A DNA stretch of 63,209 bases, the filler included, from Reclinomonas americana ATCC 50394 (taxonomy: Eukaryota): assembly GCA_048213135.1 (NCBI GenBank). It is 27 parts of 27 records of this genome, joined end to end, with 100 filler letters (N's around TTAATTAATTAA, not from the genome) between each part and the next. Parts side by side here need not be neighbours in the genome. Positions count along the whole stretch, not along the records: positions 1 to 1,668 come from AFZH01024447.1; positions 1,769 to 4,646 come from AFZH01024451.1; positions 4,747 to 6,534 come from AFZH01024452.1; positions 6,635 to 7,959 come from AFZH01024455.1; positions 8,060 to 9,143 come from AFZH01024457.1; positions 9,244 to 13,366 come from AFZH01024460.1; 21 more parts are not named here. The stretch is one strand, 5' to 3'. Both the position numbers and the translations under genes were made by a program. Shown in pieces: positions 1 through 10,605 of the stretch (the stretch's first letter is position 1; each line of letters starts with the position of its first letter). Under the pieces are notes generated by a model. It was not told the origin of the DNA. It saw only the letters and a program-made list of their open reading frames with translations, and did no database searches.

Positions 1-87
1 TTGGTTCGGTAGTTGGTAGGTTCGTTGGTTGTAAAGGTGTTACGGTAGTAGGTCGTCGGTACGGTAGTAGTAGTAGGAGTAGAAGTC

Positions 88-95
88 GAGAGAGA

Positions 96-126
<31 letters not shown>

Positions 127-127
127 G
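88..127. repeat. (GA)n microsatellite
   Basis: Seen directly; typical of the introns in the eukaryotic contigs. Confidence 0.9.
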
Positions 128-185
128 GAGGTGGTTTGAATCGGCGTGTTTGTTCGCGCGCTTACAGCAGCATGCATGTGTGCAG

Positions 186-1477
186 ATGGACCACAGACAC
201 GAAGCGGAGAACTCGAGTACCACACGAGCTCTTGCATGACTCAGTTCATGTCACTCTCAAGTTGCCTCGCGGGCGGCGTGTTTCTGGCAGGCGGAGCTAT
301 TCACCTGCTCCCTGATTCACAACAGTTCTTCGCGAACGCTGACCCTCAGGCAAGCTACCCTTGGTGGGCTGTCTGTGCTGTGGCCGGTGGCCTGCTGGTG
401 TTCCTTTGCGAGTCTGTGACCCTGCGAGTTCTTGCAGCGAGGACACCGAAGAGCGAGACTGCCGCCTTGTGGCATGTGCATCGACATGGTGGCACCGCCG
501 CATCCCACTTCACGACGCCGAGCACAAATGCTGCACTGTCCACTCCTCTGTTGCCTCAGGATCCACCAGTACCGGAGCAGAAGCGTACATATACGCGTGG
601 CCATGACTCCAAACAATCAACGACGATGGCAGGCGCAGCTCCCGGTAGTGTCGTCGACCGCGACGCAAGGTTCGTCACATGCACAACATGCATATGCACA
701 AGGGAGTGTACATGTGATTTGTGTTAATGTGTGCATGCAACACGCTCACCAGATCTGTCTCTTCCTCCCTTGTAGCGGGTCTGCCTCTGGTGCAGAGGTG
801 TCGGAGAGCAGCAACACGGGCGTGGAGTCATCAGCCGGTAGTGCTTCCGTGGCCAGTGTACTCGGAGCCGTCTCGTTGGCTATTGCTCTTTCCGTCCATT
901 CCTTGTTTGAAGGTGTGGCTCTTGGTGCCGAGACCGATGTCGGCAAGGTGCTCAGCGTTTTCGTGGCCATCATCGCACACAAGTTACTGGCAGCGTTTGC
1001 GTTGGGTGTTCGGTGCGTTGTGCTTTTTGAACAAAACTCATCTAGATCTGTGACCAATTGCAACATGTTAACATTCTCTTCGTCTCGGTTTAGGCTCACC
1101 CAGAGCGGAATGACGACAGCCTTCTTCGTGCTGAACATGGTTGTGTTTTGTTGCATGACTCCATGTGGTGTCCTTCTGGGTCTTCTCGCAGCAAGCTCTC
1201 TCAACGGATCCTCGGGCCAAACTGCGCAAGGTCTGTCGCATGTTTGTGGCTGCTGTAACTGTTTCATACTCGTTTCGGCACTTACACAATCCCTGATCAA
1301 TCCCAACAAGGCATTTTGGTTGGCATCTCTGCTGGAACGTTCCTGTACGTTGCAGTGGTGGAGATCCTCGGTAATGAGCTGCACGGCGTTGTCATTCCAC
1401 TGCGTCAGTTCTTTTTGCGGGTGGCGCTCGCAGTTACTGGTCTGGTTCTGATGGCTGTTCTGGCCATCTGGACATAG
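186..1477 (+). CDS. Eukaryotic ZIP-family zinc/iron transporter, multi-exon, 5' partial
   Basis: Motifs GGVFLAGGAIHLLPD, ALSVHSLFEGVALG, IIAHKLLAAFALG, GTFLYVAVVEI lie in exons split by short GT..AG introns. Stop TAG at 1475-1477. Confidence 0.9.
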
Positions 1478-1668
1478 TGTACTGTACCAGGTACCTGGTA
1501 CCCATGCCATGAGCCGTGTCGAGAGCACTACCACAAACGCATGCGCAGTAAAGATAAATACAACAACTTCAGTCACCAACAAACAAGCAACAGCTGTCTT
1601 GATGACCAAGTTCAAAGTTGTTTTTTTCGTGATGTCTGCAACAACAACAACAACTTTACTAATCCAAA

Positions 1669-1768
1669 NNNNNNNNNNNNNNNNNNNNNNNNNNNNNNNN
1701 NNNNNNNNNNNNTTAATTAATTAANNNNNNNNNNNNNNNNNNNNNNNNNNNNNNNNNNNNNNNNNNNN
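1669..1768. other. Artificial contig linker (first of 26 identical 100-nt linkers)
   Basis: N-run + TTAATTAATTAA (stops in all six frames) + N-run, repeated throughout. GC content and gene style change abruptly across linkers. Confidence 0.99.
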
Positions 1769-2063
1769 CTCGGGCGACGATCAGCGCAAGGGAAACCCCC
1801 GCTTCTCCCTCGGGAATCGCGAGAAGGTCGCCCGCTTGATGGAGGCCATCGAACCCGTCGCCGACGCGCATGCGGCGACGAAGGCGCAGATCGTGATCGC
1901 CTGGACGCTGCAGCAGCCCGGCATCACCTACTCGCTGTGCGGCGCGCGCAATCCGAAGCAGGCGAGGGAGAACGCCGCGGCCGGGCGCCTCCGGCTGTCG
2001 GACGACGACCTCACGCTGATCGATGCGGCCGTGGCCCTGCACGTGAACGATCTCGACGCATGA
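1769..2063 (+). CDS. Aldo/keto reductase, C-terminal fragment
   Basis: ATKAQIVIAWTLQQPGIT...GARNPKQARENAAA is a typical AKR C-terminus. ATGA overlap with the next gene. Confidence 0.85.
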
Positions 2064-3778
2064 ACGCCGCCAGGAGTGCCAGGTTCGACAGCATCCGCGC
2101 CGACGGAGCATTCGACGCGATCGTGGTCGGCGGCGGGATCAACGGCGTCGGAGCATTCCGCGAGCTGTCCCTCCAGGGACTGCGCGTGCTGCTCGTGGAA
2201 CGTGTGGACTTCTGCTCCGGATGCAGCGCCGCACCGTCGCGCATGATCCACGGCGGGCTCCGGTATCTGGAGAACGGCGAATTCGGCCTCGTGCGCGAAT
2301 CGCTGCGGGAGCGGGACGCCCTTCTCCGCAACGCGCCGCACATGGTCCGCCCGCTCGCGACGGTAGTGCCGATCACCTCGGTGTTCTCCGGGCTGTTCAA
2401 CGCGGCGGCGAGCTTCTTCCGCCTCTCGACCCGACCGGCCCGCCGCGGCGCTGTGCCGTTGCGGATCGGACTGAGCATCTACGACTGGGTCACCCGGACC
2501 CGACGGATGCTGCCTCGACACCGGTTCCTCGGCACACGTGCGGCGTTCCGTCGTTGGCCGAAACTGACGTCGCGCATGAAGTTCGCCGCGGTGTTCTACG
2601 ACGCGTGGATCAGCTACCCCGAGCGGCTGGGAGTCGAGCTCATCGTCGACACCGCGCGGATGGCTCCGGATTCCGTCGCGCTCAACTATGCCGAGATCGT
2701 CAGCGACGGGTCGGGGTTCGTGGTCACCGACAGCGAGACGGGCACGCGGTACCCGGTGACGACGAAGACGGTCGTGAATGCCACCGGCGCGTGGCTGGAC
2801 GAGTCGCTCTCGACGCTTCTTCCCGCCGGTGACCGCCCGAGTCAGCTGGTCGAGGGCACCAAGGGGTCGCACCTCGTGCTGGACAACCCCGAACTGTACG
2901 CCGCGCTCGACGGACACATGGTGTACTTCGACAACTCCGACGGCCGGATCTGCATCGCGTTCGGCTACCTCGGCCGGGTGCTCGCCGGTTCCACGGACAT
3001 CAAGGTCGAGCGTGCGGAGCGCGTGCGATGCGAAGACGACGAGCGCGACTACATCCTGGATTCCCTGCAGGCGGTCTTCCCCGCGGTGACGATGTCGGCG
3101 GACCAGATCGTGTATTCCTTCAGCGGCATCCGTCCCCTGCTCAAGAGCGAGCACGACTTCACGGGGCGGATCACCCGCGGCCACGACGTGAAGCGGATCG
3201 ACGGCGATGTTCCTCAGTACTGCATGATCGGCGGCAAGTGGACGACGTTCCGCGCGTTCGCTCAGGACCTCGCCGATGAGGTGCTCGAGGAGCTCGGGCG
3301 CGAACGCACCACGTCGACCGTGGAGCTCGGAATCGGCGGCGGAGCGGAATTCGTCGATGCGCCGCAGATCGAGACGGCGTTGATCGCGGAGTGGGGCGTG
3401 TCCGAGGACCGGGCGGCGCACCTCGCCGATGTCTACGGAACCCGCGCCGCCGAGGTGATGGAATTCTGCACCGCTCGCGACGACGATCAGCCGATCGGCC
3501 CTGGGGTCGCGCTCACAGCCGCCGAGGTCGCCTTCATGGTGCACCGCGAATACGCGACGAGGCTCGGCGACCTGATCCTCCGTCGCACCGCTGTCGCGAT
3601 CACCGGGGCGGTGGATGCCGGGCTGATCGAGGCGATCGCCACCGTCGCGGCCGCCGAACTGGACTGGAATGACGAACGCCGTCTCGCGGAGATCGGTGAA
3701 CTGGTGACGGATCTCGAGGACTACCACCGCGTCGACCGCGACGCCCTCGACCGTCGGACGATGGAAAGGACCCTGTGA
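2060..3778 (+). CDS. Glycerol-3-phosphate dehydrogenase/oxidase family FAD protein (GlpD/EryB-like)
   Basis: VGGGING FAD motif, SRMIHGGLRYLE, VNATGAW, KGSHL, GGKWTTFR. ATG at 2060 overlaps the upstream stop. Confidence 0.92.
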   Translation: MNAARSARFDSIRADGAFDAIVVGGGINGVGAFRELSLQGLRVLLVERVDFCSGCSAAPSRMIHGGLRYLENGEFGLVRESLRERDALLRNAPHMVRPLATVVPITSVFSGLFNAAASFFRLSTRPARRGAVPLRIGLSIYDWVTRTRRMLPRHRFLGTRAAFRRWPKLTSRMKFAAVFYDAWISYPERLGVELIVDTARMAPDSVALNYAEIVSDGSGFVVTDSETGTRYPVTTKTVVNATGAWLDESLSTLLPAGDRPSQLVEGTKGSHLVLDNPELYAALDGHMVYFDNSDGRICIAFGYLGRVLAGSTDIKVERAERVRCEDDERDYILDSLQAVFPAVTMSADQIVYSFSGIRPLLKSEHDFTGRITRGHDVKRIDGDVPQYCMIGGKWTTFRAFAQDLADEVLEELGRERTTSTVELGIGGGAEFVDAPQIETALIAEWGVSEDRAAHLADVYGTRAAEVMEFCTARDDDQPIGPGVALTAAEVAFMVHREYATRLGDLILRRTAVAITGAVDAGLIEAIATVAAAELDWNDERRLAEIGELVTDLEDYHRVDRDALDRRTMERTL

Positions 3779-4620
3779 TGCGCCTGAGCACCCTGGCCAG
3801 GATGAACCGTCTCTTCAGCGACGGCGGCTGTCTCGACGTCGCGATCGATCACGGCGTGTGCAACGAGCCCGGCTTCCTGATCGGGTTGGAGGACATGCCC
3901 GGCGTGGTCTCGTCGCTGGTCGACGCGAAGCCGGACGCCATCCAGATGGCCTATGGCCAGGCCGACCTGCTGCAGGCCGTGCCCGGCAAGGACAAGCCCG
4001 CCCTCGTCATGCGCATCGACATGGGGAACCCGTACAACGCGCAGAAGCACCGGGTGATGTGGTCGATGCTGCAGAACCATGACGAGCCGATCATCGGGGC
4101 ATTGGAGATGGACGCGGCCTGCGTGGTCGTGAATCTCTTCATGCTGCCGGACGAGCCCGAACTCTTCCGCCAGTGCGTCGAGAACATCAGCCGGGTGCGC
4201 GCGTCCTGCGCGAAGTACGGGATGCCGCTCATGATCGAGCCTCTGGTCATGCTGCCCAACGACGTCAGAGGCGGGTACCAGGTCGACGGCGACGCCGAGA
4301 AGATCGTGACACTCGTGCGGCTCGCCAGCGAGATGGGCGCCGACATCATCAAGGCCGACCCCACCGACGACCCCGAGGACTTCCACCGCGTGGTCGAGGC
4401 CGCTCGGGTGCCGGTGCTGGTCCGGGGCGGCGGTAAGGAGGGCCTCGACTCGGTGCTGACGAAGTCCGCGGCTCTCATGGCGCAGGGCGCATCGGGACTC
4501 GTCTACGGCCGCAACATCTACCAGCACGACAATCCGAAGGCCGTCGTCGACGCGCTGATGGCGATCGTGCACCGCGGCGCGTCCGGCGCCGAAGCATGGG
4601 ATCTCTACAATGCCGGGTGA
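3778..4620 (+). CDS. Class I aldolase (DhnA/FbaB/LsrF family)
   Basis: VAIDHG, GADIIK (Schiff-base Lys), PVLVRGG, GRNIYQ. SD GAAAGGA and TGATG overlap. Confidence 0.9.
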   Translation: MRLSTLARMNRLFSDGGCLDVAIDHGVCNEPGFLIGLEDMPGVVSSLVDAKPDAIQMAYGQADLLQAVPGKDKPALVMRIDMGNPYNAQKHRVMWSMLQNHDEPIIGALEMDAACVVVNLFMLPDEPELFRQCVENISRVRASCAKYGMPLMIEPLVMLPNDVRGGYQVDGDAEKIVTLVRLASEMGADIIKADPTDDPEDFHRVVEAARVPVLVRGGGKEGLDSVLTKSAALMAQGASGLVYGRNIYQHDNPKAVVDALMAIVHRGASGAEAWDLYNAG

Positions 4621-4758
4621 CGGGCAGCCGGGCGACGGGAAGCAGTNNNNNNNNNNNNNNNNNNNNNNNNNNNNNNNNNNNNNNNNNNNNTTAATTAATT
4701 AANNNNNNNNNNNNNNNNNNNNNNNNNNNNNNNNNNNNNNNNNNNNCGGCCGGGCTTT

Positions 4759-5727
4759 TCATGTAATAGGACGTCGATCGATAGAAGATCGCCTAAATGC
4801 GACGCGCCGGGTCGTGACACCACCTGGCGTCGCAACAATTTCAATGACCGCGTTGTTTTGGGCGTCGACCAAGAGCCGATTGAACACGGGCGGAAACTTC
4901 GGATGGGTGAACATCATCTGGGGTAGCTTGATGTCCGCCAGCGTCCCGGCCAGATAATCTGGCAAGCGTACGAATTCCGCATACTCCCTCACCCCATCCA
5001 TCCCCGGCGTCGCAAATCCGAATGTCGGCCGCCGCAGGTCGATCACGCCCGCCTTGCTGCGGCGGTTCATCTGGAAGAACAGCCAGCCGAGATCGAAGGC
5101 CACGCCACCGTGCCGGTCGAACATGGCGTCACGGTCGCTGATCCAGCGAATGCCGATCGGCGCTTTCGCCTCATTGATCATCCCGAAGACGACAGAGGCA
5201 AAAGACGCGACGAGAAAGATCTGACGCAGCAGCTTGAGAGATGGGTTCTTGCCCGCGAGCTCCGCAGCCAGGAGGGTCAATCGTCGATCAAGTGCGGCGT
5301 AGTAGGCCGCGTTTCCCGGCTCTTCCGCAGCCCAAGCCTGTAGGATGTCGCGCAGGCCATTCGTGAGACCCTGCATCTCTTCAAGATTGACCACATCTCG
5401 AAGGTAGGCGCTTTGCCGTTCAACCACGAAACTGACACTGAACGAGACAGGGCAGCTGAGATAGTCGAGAAGCCCGTCAGGCGGGCTTTTGGATGCCTTG
5501 ATGTCCTTGGGCGCCGTTGCAGCGATATAGGATGAAATATTCTCGAAAGTGTCGTGATTGAAAACAATAACGAACGAGAAGGCGTCGTTCTGCTTATTTC
5601 TGTCACCAACACTGTAATCCGATATCACATTCCAGACTATTGCGGCGGGGACCTTGCCGAACCATCTCCTGAAGTCAGAATGGATCGTCTGGCTAGATTT
5701 TTCGATTGTCTGGATGAACTCGAACAT
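4759..5727 (-). CDS. Hypothetical protein, possibly RNase H-like (DUF3800-like)
   Basis: 322-aa ORF with acidic motifs VISDYS, WISDRD and LPDYLAG spaced like RNase H-fold catalytic residues (inference). Confidence 0.6.
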   Translation of the reverse strand: MFEFIQTIEKSSQTIHSDFRRWFGKVPAAIVWNVISDYSVGDRNKQNDAFSFVIVFNHDTFENISSYIAATAPKDIKASKSPPDGLLDYLSCPVSFSVSFVVERQSAYLRDVVNLEEMQGLTNGLRDILQAWAAEEPGNAAYYAALDRRLTLLAAELAGKNPSLKLLRQIFLVASFASVVFGMINEAKAPIGIRWISDRDAMFDRHGGVAFDLGWLFFQMNRRSKAGVIDLRRPTFGFATPGMDGVREYAEFVRLPDYLAGTLADIKLPQMMFTHPKFPPVFNRLLVDAQNNAVIEIVATPGGVTTRRVAFRRSSIDRRPIT

Positions 5728-5888
5728 GCCCCCATGAGCCTCCTATGCTTCAAACAACGATGCCATGGCCAGACCTCAGGTAGCAACGCGCCTGTGGAGC
5801 CGCTGCGGGGCGAGCTTGAGGCAGGAGCTGGCACTGCCTACCCTGAGCTTCCTCGAATGGACGAAGAGACGGCGACGCTTGTGCAGGC

Positions 5889-6534
5889 ATGACGAAATCC
5901 AAAGCTGCTGGTGACGCTACCTCCCTGTCCGAATCCGAACTTTTCGACGCGTTGACCAGGAGTGCTTTTGAGTTTCTTCGGCGTGCGATCGACGAATTCG
6001 AGAGCTCTCCCAAATTTTCCACGGTCCACTTCGCCACGGCGATCGAGCTGTTTCTGAAGGCAAGGCTGATGCGGGAGCATTGGTCTCTGCTGCTCGACAA
6101 ACCTGATCAGGCAGACAAGGCAGCCTTCTTTAAGGGCGACGCCAAGACGGTGACACCGGAGCAAACCATCGAGCGGCTGCGCCGCATTGCTTCGGTTGTG
6201 GTCCCGCCAGCATCTCGCGAAGTCTTCGGAAACATCGCGAAGCACCGAAACAAGATGGTGCACTTCGTGCACGCGGGAGAGGCTGGAGCGAACGGCCAAG
6301 AGGAACTCGAGAAAGTCGCCGAGGAGCAATGCGCTGGCTGGCTGGCATTGCGCACGCTGTTGTCCGAATGGCCCGAATTTGCGAGCTATCAGCGAGATAT
6401 CCGGCAAGTCAGCACCAAAATGGAGCGATACCGCGCCTACCTCAGGAAGGCGTTCGAAGCGAAGCAGCCGGAGCTTCAGGCTCATCGCCGTGCTGGCGGT
6501 CGCGTCATCGCGTGTCCAAGTTGCTTCTTCGAAT
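5889..6534 (+). CDS. HEPN-like protein with zinc-ribbon start, 3' partial
   Basis: AIELFLKARL helix, RNKMVH (Rx4H) motif, CPSC near the contig end. Confidence 0.65.
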
Positions 6535-6634
6535 NNNNNNNNNNNNNNNNNNNNNNNNNNNNNNNNNNNNNNNNNNNNTTAATTAATTAANNNNNNNNNN
6601 NNNNNNNNNNNNNNNNNNNNNNNNNNNNNNNNNN

Positions 6635-7145
6635 TGCTGGCGGCGGTCCACGCCCATCGACGCCGGGCAGCTCCCAGCCGGCAAAAGGCGAGGCCGACAT
6701 CGCGGCGTCCGGTCGCGACGATCGCCGCGTCGAAGGAGAGGAACCAGCTGCTCTCGCCGTCGCTGAGGCCGGCGACGTGGCCGCGCAGCCAGCGCAGGCC
6801 CGGGCGCGGCGAGAACAGGCCCCAGACGGAAATGCCGAGCCGGACGTCGACGCCCGCCTCGAAGGCTTCCGCGATCCGCTCATCCGCTGCGGCGATGGTC
6901 TCGATCATCCGAGACTTGTTGCGGACTGCCCCGCCCATGCGCTGGCCGAAATGGAAGGGCACGTCCAGGCCCATGAGCGCATGATCGACCGGATGCTCGT
7001 CGACCAGCACGACCGCGACGCCGCGCCGGGCGGCTTCGAGCGCTGCCGACAGGCCGGCCGGGCCAGCTCCGATGACCAGTAGGCGTGCATGCTCACGGAC
7101 GGGCAACGGCTTGCCGGCCGTCGACCGCTCATCCAGGCGGGCCAT
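6635..7145 (-). CDS. FAD/NAD(P)-dependent oxidoreductase (sarcosine/opine oxidase subunit-like), 3' partial
   Basis: LLVIGAGPAGLSAA and IVATG. Apparent +1 homopolymer frameshift near 6685 before FAGWELPGV. Confidence 0.85.
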
Positions 7146-7296
7146 TCTGGAATTCTCCCGGCGCCCTCTCGACGGGCAGCGTTTGAAAGGAGGCTATGGA
7201 ACGGTGGCAGCTATGACTTTCAAGAAAGCGACATCTTTTCTCGATAGGCGACAGAGCTTTCGCGGCGTTGCAGCATCGCTTGACGGCGCCGGCGTC

Positions 7297-7959
7297 TCAA
7301 CGGTGGGCATGGAGGCGGTAGCGTAGCGGCGGCTTGCCGAAGGCGGTCCGGAACCGCGTCGCGAACTGCGCCTGGGATGGGTAGCCGCATTGCACTGCCA
7401 CGTCCGAGAGCGGGACGTCGGTTTCGACCAGGAGCTTGCGCGCGTGGCGCAGGCGCACGCCATCGTAATAGCGCTTGGGCGACATGCCGAACGCCTCGGT
7501 GAAAAGGCGTTCGAGCTGGCGGGTCGAGCAGCCGATCTCGCGGGCGATGGCCGTGATCGGGAGCGTCGCCTCGATATTGCGCTCCATCAGGGTCACTGCC
7601 CTGCGGACGGTCCGCGGCGTCGCCTGCGGGCTGCCGGCGGTGCCGCGCTGCTTCTCGTCGGAGGAGCGGATCCGGGCATGGATCAAGAGGTCCGCGACGC
7701 TGTCGGCCTGGGCGATGCCGAATTGCACCGCGACGAGATAGAGGATCATGTCGATGACCGCGACGCCGCCCGAGCAGGTGAGCCGGCGCCGGTCATGCAC
7801 GAAGATCTCGGGGCGCACCTCCACCAGAGGGAAGGTCGCGGAGAAGGACGGCAGGTCGTCCCAGTGGACGGCGCAGCGATAGCTGTCGAGCAGGCCGGCA
7901 CGGGCCACCTGCCAGATGCCGGTCGAGATCGCGCCGATGATGGCGCCGCGGCTGTCGAG
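7297..7959 (-). CDS. GlxA-family AraC transcriptional regulator, 5' partial
   Basis: DJ-1-like part (AVHW, LTCSGG) plus AraC HTH (STRQLERLF, VAVQCGY..F..RFR). Confidence 0.92.
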   Translation of the reverse strand, partial: LDSRGAIIGAISTGIWQVARAGLLDSYRCAVHWDDLPSFSATFPLVEVRPEIFVHDRRRLTCSGGVAVIDMILYLVAVQFGIAQADSVADLLIHARIRSSDEKQRGTAGSPQATPRTVRRAVTLMERNIEATLPITAIAREIGCSTRQLERLFTEAFGMSPKRYYDGVRLRHARKLLVETDVPLSDVAVQCGYPSQAQFATRFRTAFGKPPLRYRLHAHR

Positions 7960-8059
7960 NNNNNNNNNNNNNNNNNNNNNNNNNNNNNNNNNNNNNNNNN
8001 NNNTTAATTAATTAANNNNNNNNNNNNNNNNNNNNNNNNNNNNNNNNNNNNNNNNNNNN

Positions 8060-8932
8060 GACGCGCGGGAGGAGCGTGCGGAACTCGAGCCTCGCGAAGA
8101 TGTCGCGGACGGCCTGGGCATCGATCGGCGTCACCGCGAGATCGCCTGGTGCGACCGGAAGCTCGACGTCGGTGAGCAGGCGGTTCAGCTTGCGGTTGCG
8201 CCGTACATCGTCGATGTGGTCGCGCAGGTTGCCGCCGACGACGCCCTTGATGTCGTCGGCACGATCGAGCAGTTCGTCGAGCGTCCCGAACTGCGTGAGC
8301 CACTTCACGGCGGTCTTCTCCCCCACCTTGGGTACGCCCGGCAGGTTGTCACTGGTCTCGCCGACCAGCGCCGCGATGTCGGGATACTGCTCCGGCCGCA
8401 CGCCGTAACGCTCCTGCACCGTGGTCGGGTCGTAGCGCTTGAGCTGCGAGACGCCCTGAACATTCGGGTACAGCAGCGTGACCTCGTCATTGACGAGCTG
8501 GATGCTGTCACGGTCTCCCGAGACGATCAGCACGTCGTAGCCCTGCTCGACGCCCTGCGTCGACAGCGTGGCGAGGATATCGTCGGCCTCGATCCCTTCC
8601 TTCGTGAGGACGGGAATGGACATCGCGGCCAGGCAGTCCTGGAGCAGCGGGATCTGGCCGCGGAACTCCTGCGGAGTCTCGGACCTCGTCGCCTTGTACT
8701 CGGGATACTCGTCGGTGCGGAACGAGTGCCGCGAGGTGTCGAAGGCGATCGCCAGGTGGGTCGGCTGCTCGGCCTTGATCAGATTCACCAGCATCGACAG
8801 GAAGCCGTAGATGGCGTTCGTGTGCTGGTTGTCCTTGGTCGTGAAGTTCTCGACCGGAAGGGCGAAGAAGGCACGGTAGGCGAGCGAATGGCCGTCGATG
8901 ACCATGAGGGTAGGCTTTGCGGAGTCCGTCAC
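8060..8932 (-). CDS. polA: DNA polymerase I, N-terminal 5'-3' exonuclease domain (partial)
   Basis: IDGHSLAYRAFFAL, EADDILATL, GETSDNLPGVPKVGEKTA (actinobacterial type). Confidence 0.97.
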
Positions 8933-8977
8933 CCTGTCAGCCTAACGAGGACGACAGACACCCGCTGAGGAGGATTC

Positions 8978-9143
8978 ATGAGCGACGTCGCGACGAGCGA
9001 GGGACTCGACTGGGCGACAGCCCGCGGTATGGGGGCACTGGCTCAGAAGATGGGCATGGAGTTCCTCGAGTTCACCCTCGAGCGGTGCGTCGCCACCATG
9101 CCCGTCGAGGGCAACACGCAACCCGTCGGCCTCATGCACGGCG
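8978..9143 (+). CDS. PaaI-family hotdog thioesterase, partial
   Basis: MPVEGNTQPVGLMHG; divergent from polA; SD GAGGA. Confidence 0.85.
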
Positions 9144-9432
9144 NNNNNNNNNNNNNNNNNNNNNNNNNNNNNNNNNNNNNNNNNNNNTTAATTAATTAAN
9201 NNNNNNNNNNNNNNNNNNNNNNNNNNNNNNNNNNNNNNNNNNNAAGGAGGCCGAGCGCGAGGGCGGAGAGGATCGCGAGCCGCATGGTCTTGCTCCGGTC
9301 GAAAGAGCCAAAATAGGGGTGCTGCAGAGACATTCAAAGGGCAGGGAGCAGGGCAGAAGCCTCTGTGGGGACGGAGGGTGAATTTATCCCCGGTGCCGGC
9401 CCGACAATGCGCGCCGCGCAGAGGGGATGGCC

Positions 9433-10224
9433 ATGGCGCAAGCAGGTTTCGCAACTGCGTTGTTCGACATGCGGCTCGGCGTCGAGTGGATCGCCTTGGC
9501 GCTGCTGGAGTTACGACGCGACCTGCTCGTGAGGCCGCCTCCCAGGCCGATCGCATCCAAGTACAATCCTGATCAACCGCGCGTGCCGGCCGGCAATCCC
9601 GACGGTGGGCAGTGGACGAGCGGGGGTGGTGACGGAAGCTCCGGCGAGGACAGCTCAGTCCTTGAGACAGCCCTCGATGGCTTGGACGACGGCTCTCTCG
9701 ATTGGGCAACGGGCCGGTCGCGTGGAGGCGCCGTTGACTGGCCGAACGCGACGCCTGCCCAGCGGGCTCGACTCGTCGCGTCCGAGTTGCAGGCACAGGC
9801 GGCGATTCGCCGGGTGCAGGAAATCGATGCGCGTTGGAAACCGCCGGCCAGCATTTCGGAAGGAATCGAAGGCGCGATCGCGACGAACCAGGCTGCGGTT
9901 AGGCAAGCGGAGACGCGGCTACGTGAGCTTCAAGGGACGGGGATTGGGCCGGGTCCATTTGCGCAAGAATCGATACCGGCGCGAAGCATGGGCCGAAAGC
10001 TACAAAGAGAGGAACAGCAGGAGATAAATCGAATAGGATCAACCTATGGCTGCCATACCTGCGGTACGAGCCAACCTGGCACAAAGGCGGGAAACTTCGT
10101 CGGCGATCATCAGCTTCCAAACGCAATAGTGACGCCAGGTGGTTCGCAACGGCTGTTTCCGCACTGTCTGAGCTGTAGTTTGCGGCAGGGCGGTCGCATT
10201 ACCGGCATGAAGTGGAGACGATGA
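9433..10224 (+). CDS. Putative polymorphic toxin with C-terminal HNH-like Zn-binding nuclease
   Basis: N-terminal KYNPDQPRVPAGNPDGGQWT motif; C-terminal CHTC...DHQ...PHCLSCS.RQGG. SD GAGGGG 6 nt before ATG 9433 (alternative start 9427). Confidence 0.7.
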   Translation: MAQAGFATALFDMRLGVEWIALALLELRRDLLVRPPPRPIASKYNPDQPRVPAGNPDGGQWTSGGGDGSSGEDSSVLETALDGLDDGSLDWATGRSRGGAVDWPNATPAQRARLVASELQAQAAIRRVQEIDARWKPPASISEGIEGAIATNQAAVRQAETRLRELQGTGIGPGPFAQESIPARSMGRKLQREEQQEINRIGSTYGCHTCGTSQPGTKAGNFVGDHQLPNAIVTPGGSQRLFPHCLSCSLRQGGRITGMKWRR

Positions 10225-10592
10225 CGATGGCCCGGAAAGCAGTCATCTGCCCCAGCAACTCGCTCGTCATCGTATCAGGCGGTGGACCTGTCGACGTTCC
10301 TGAAGACCAGCCGATCGAACCGGTCGCCGCTTCACCGAGCTGCCTGCTGGTGGCCTGCATGCCGGAGGTGGACGGTGATACCGAGTTGACGATGGGTTCG
10401 GCTGCCGAGGTCGATCCGGGCTACGCACCGGGATTTGTCGGCGAGCTCCAGACGCCGAGGTTGCGGATTCTCGTCGAGACGGTCGATGACGAGGTTGTCT
10501 TCGATCAGCCGGTTTGCTCGGCTGTCACGCAGGTCCGCATCTGGTTCAGCCATCCGCGCTGGCCGGAGAAGGTCGTGATCGGGGTCGATTGA
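10221..10592 (+). CDS. Putative immunity protein 1
   Basis: Small acidic protein, ATGA-coupled to the toxin stop; paralog of the next gene. Confidence 0.65.
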   Translation: MTMARKAVICPSNSLVIVSGGGPVDVPEDQPIEPVAASPSCLLVACMPEVDGDTELTMGSAAEVDPGYAPGFVGELQTPRLRILVETVDDEVVFDQPVCSAVTQVRIWFSHPRWPEKVVIGVD

Positions 10593-10605
10593 TCAGGCTT
10601 TCATT

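Noticed and set aside
1..87. Odd GT-rich sequence at the window start as a telomere
   Set aside because: No consistent repeat unit; looks like a low-quality read end.
1928..3727. Long antisense ORFs (also 35868-37055, 49834-51615, 60508-61545, 62010-63116)
   Set aside because: Shadow frames of high-GC genes on the opposite strand.
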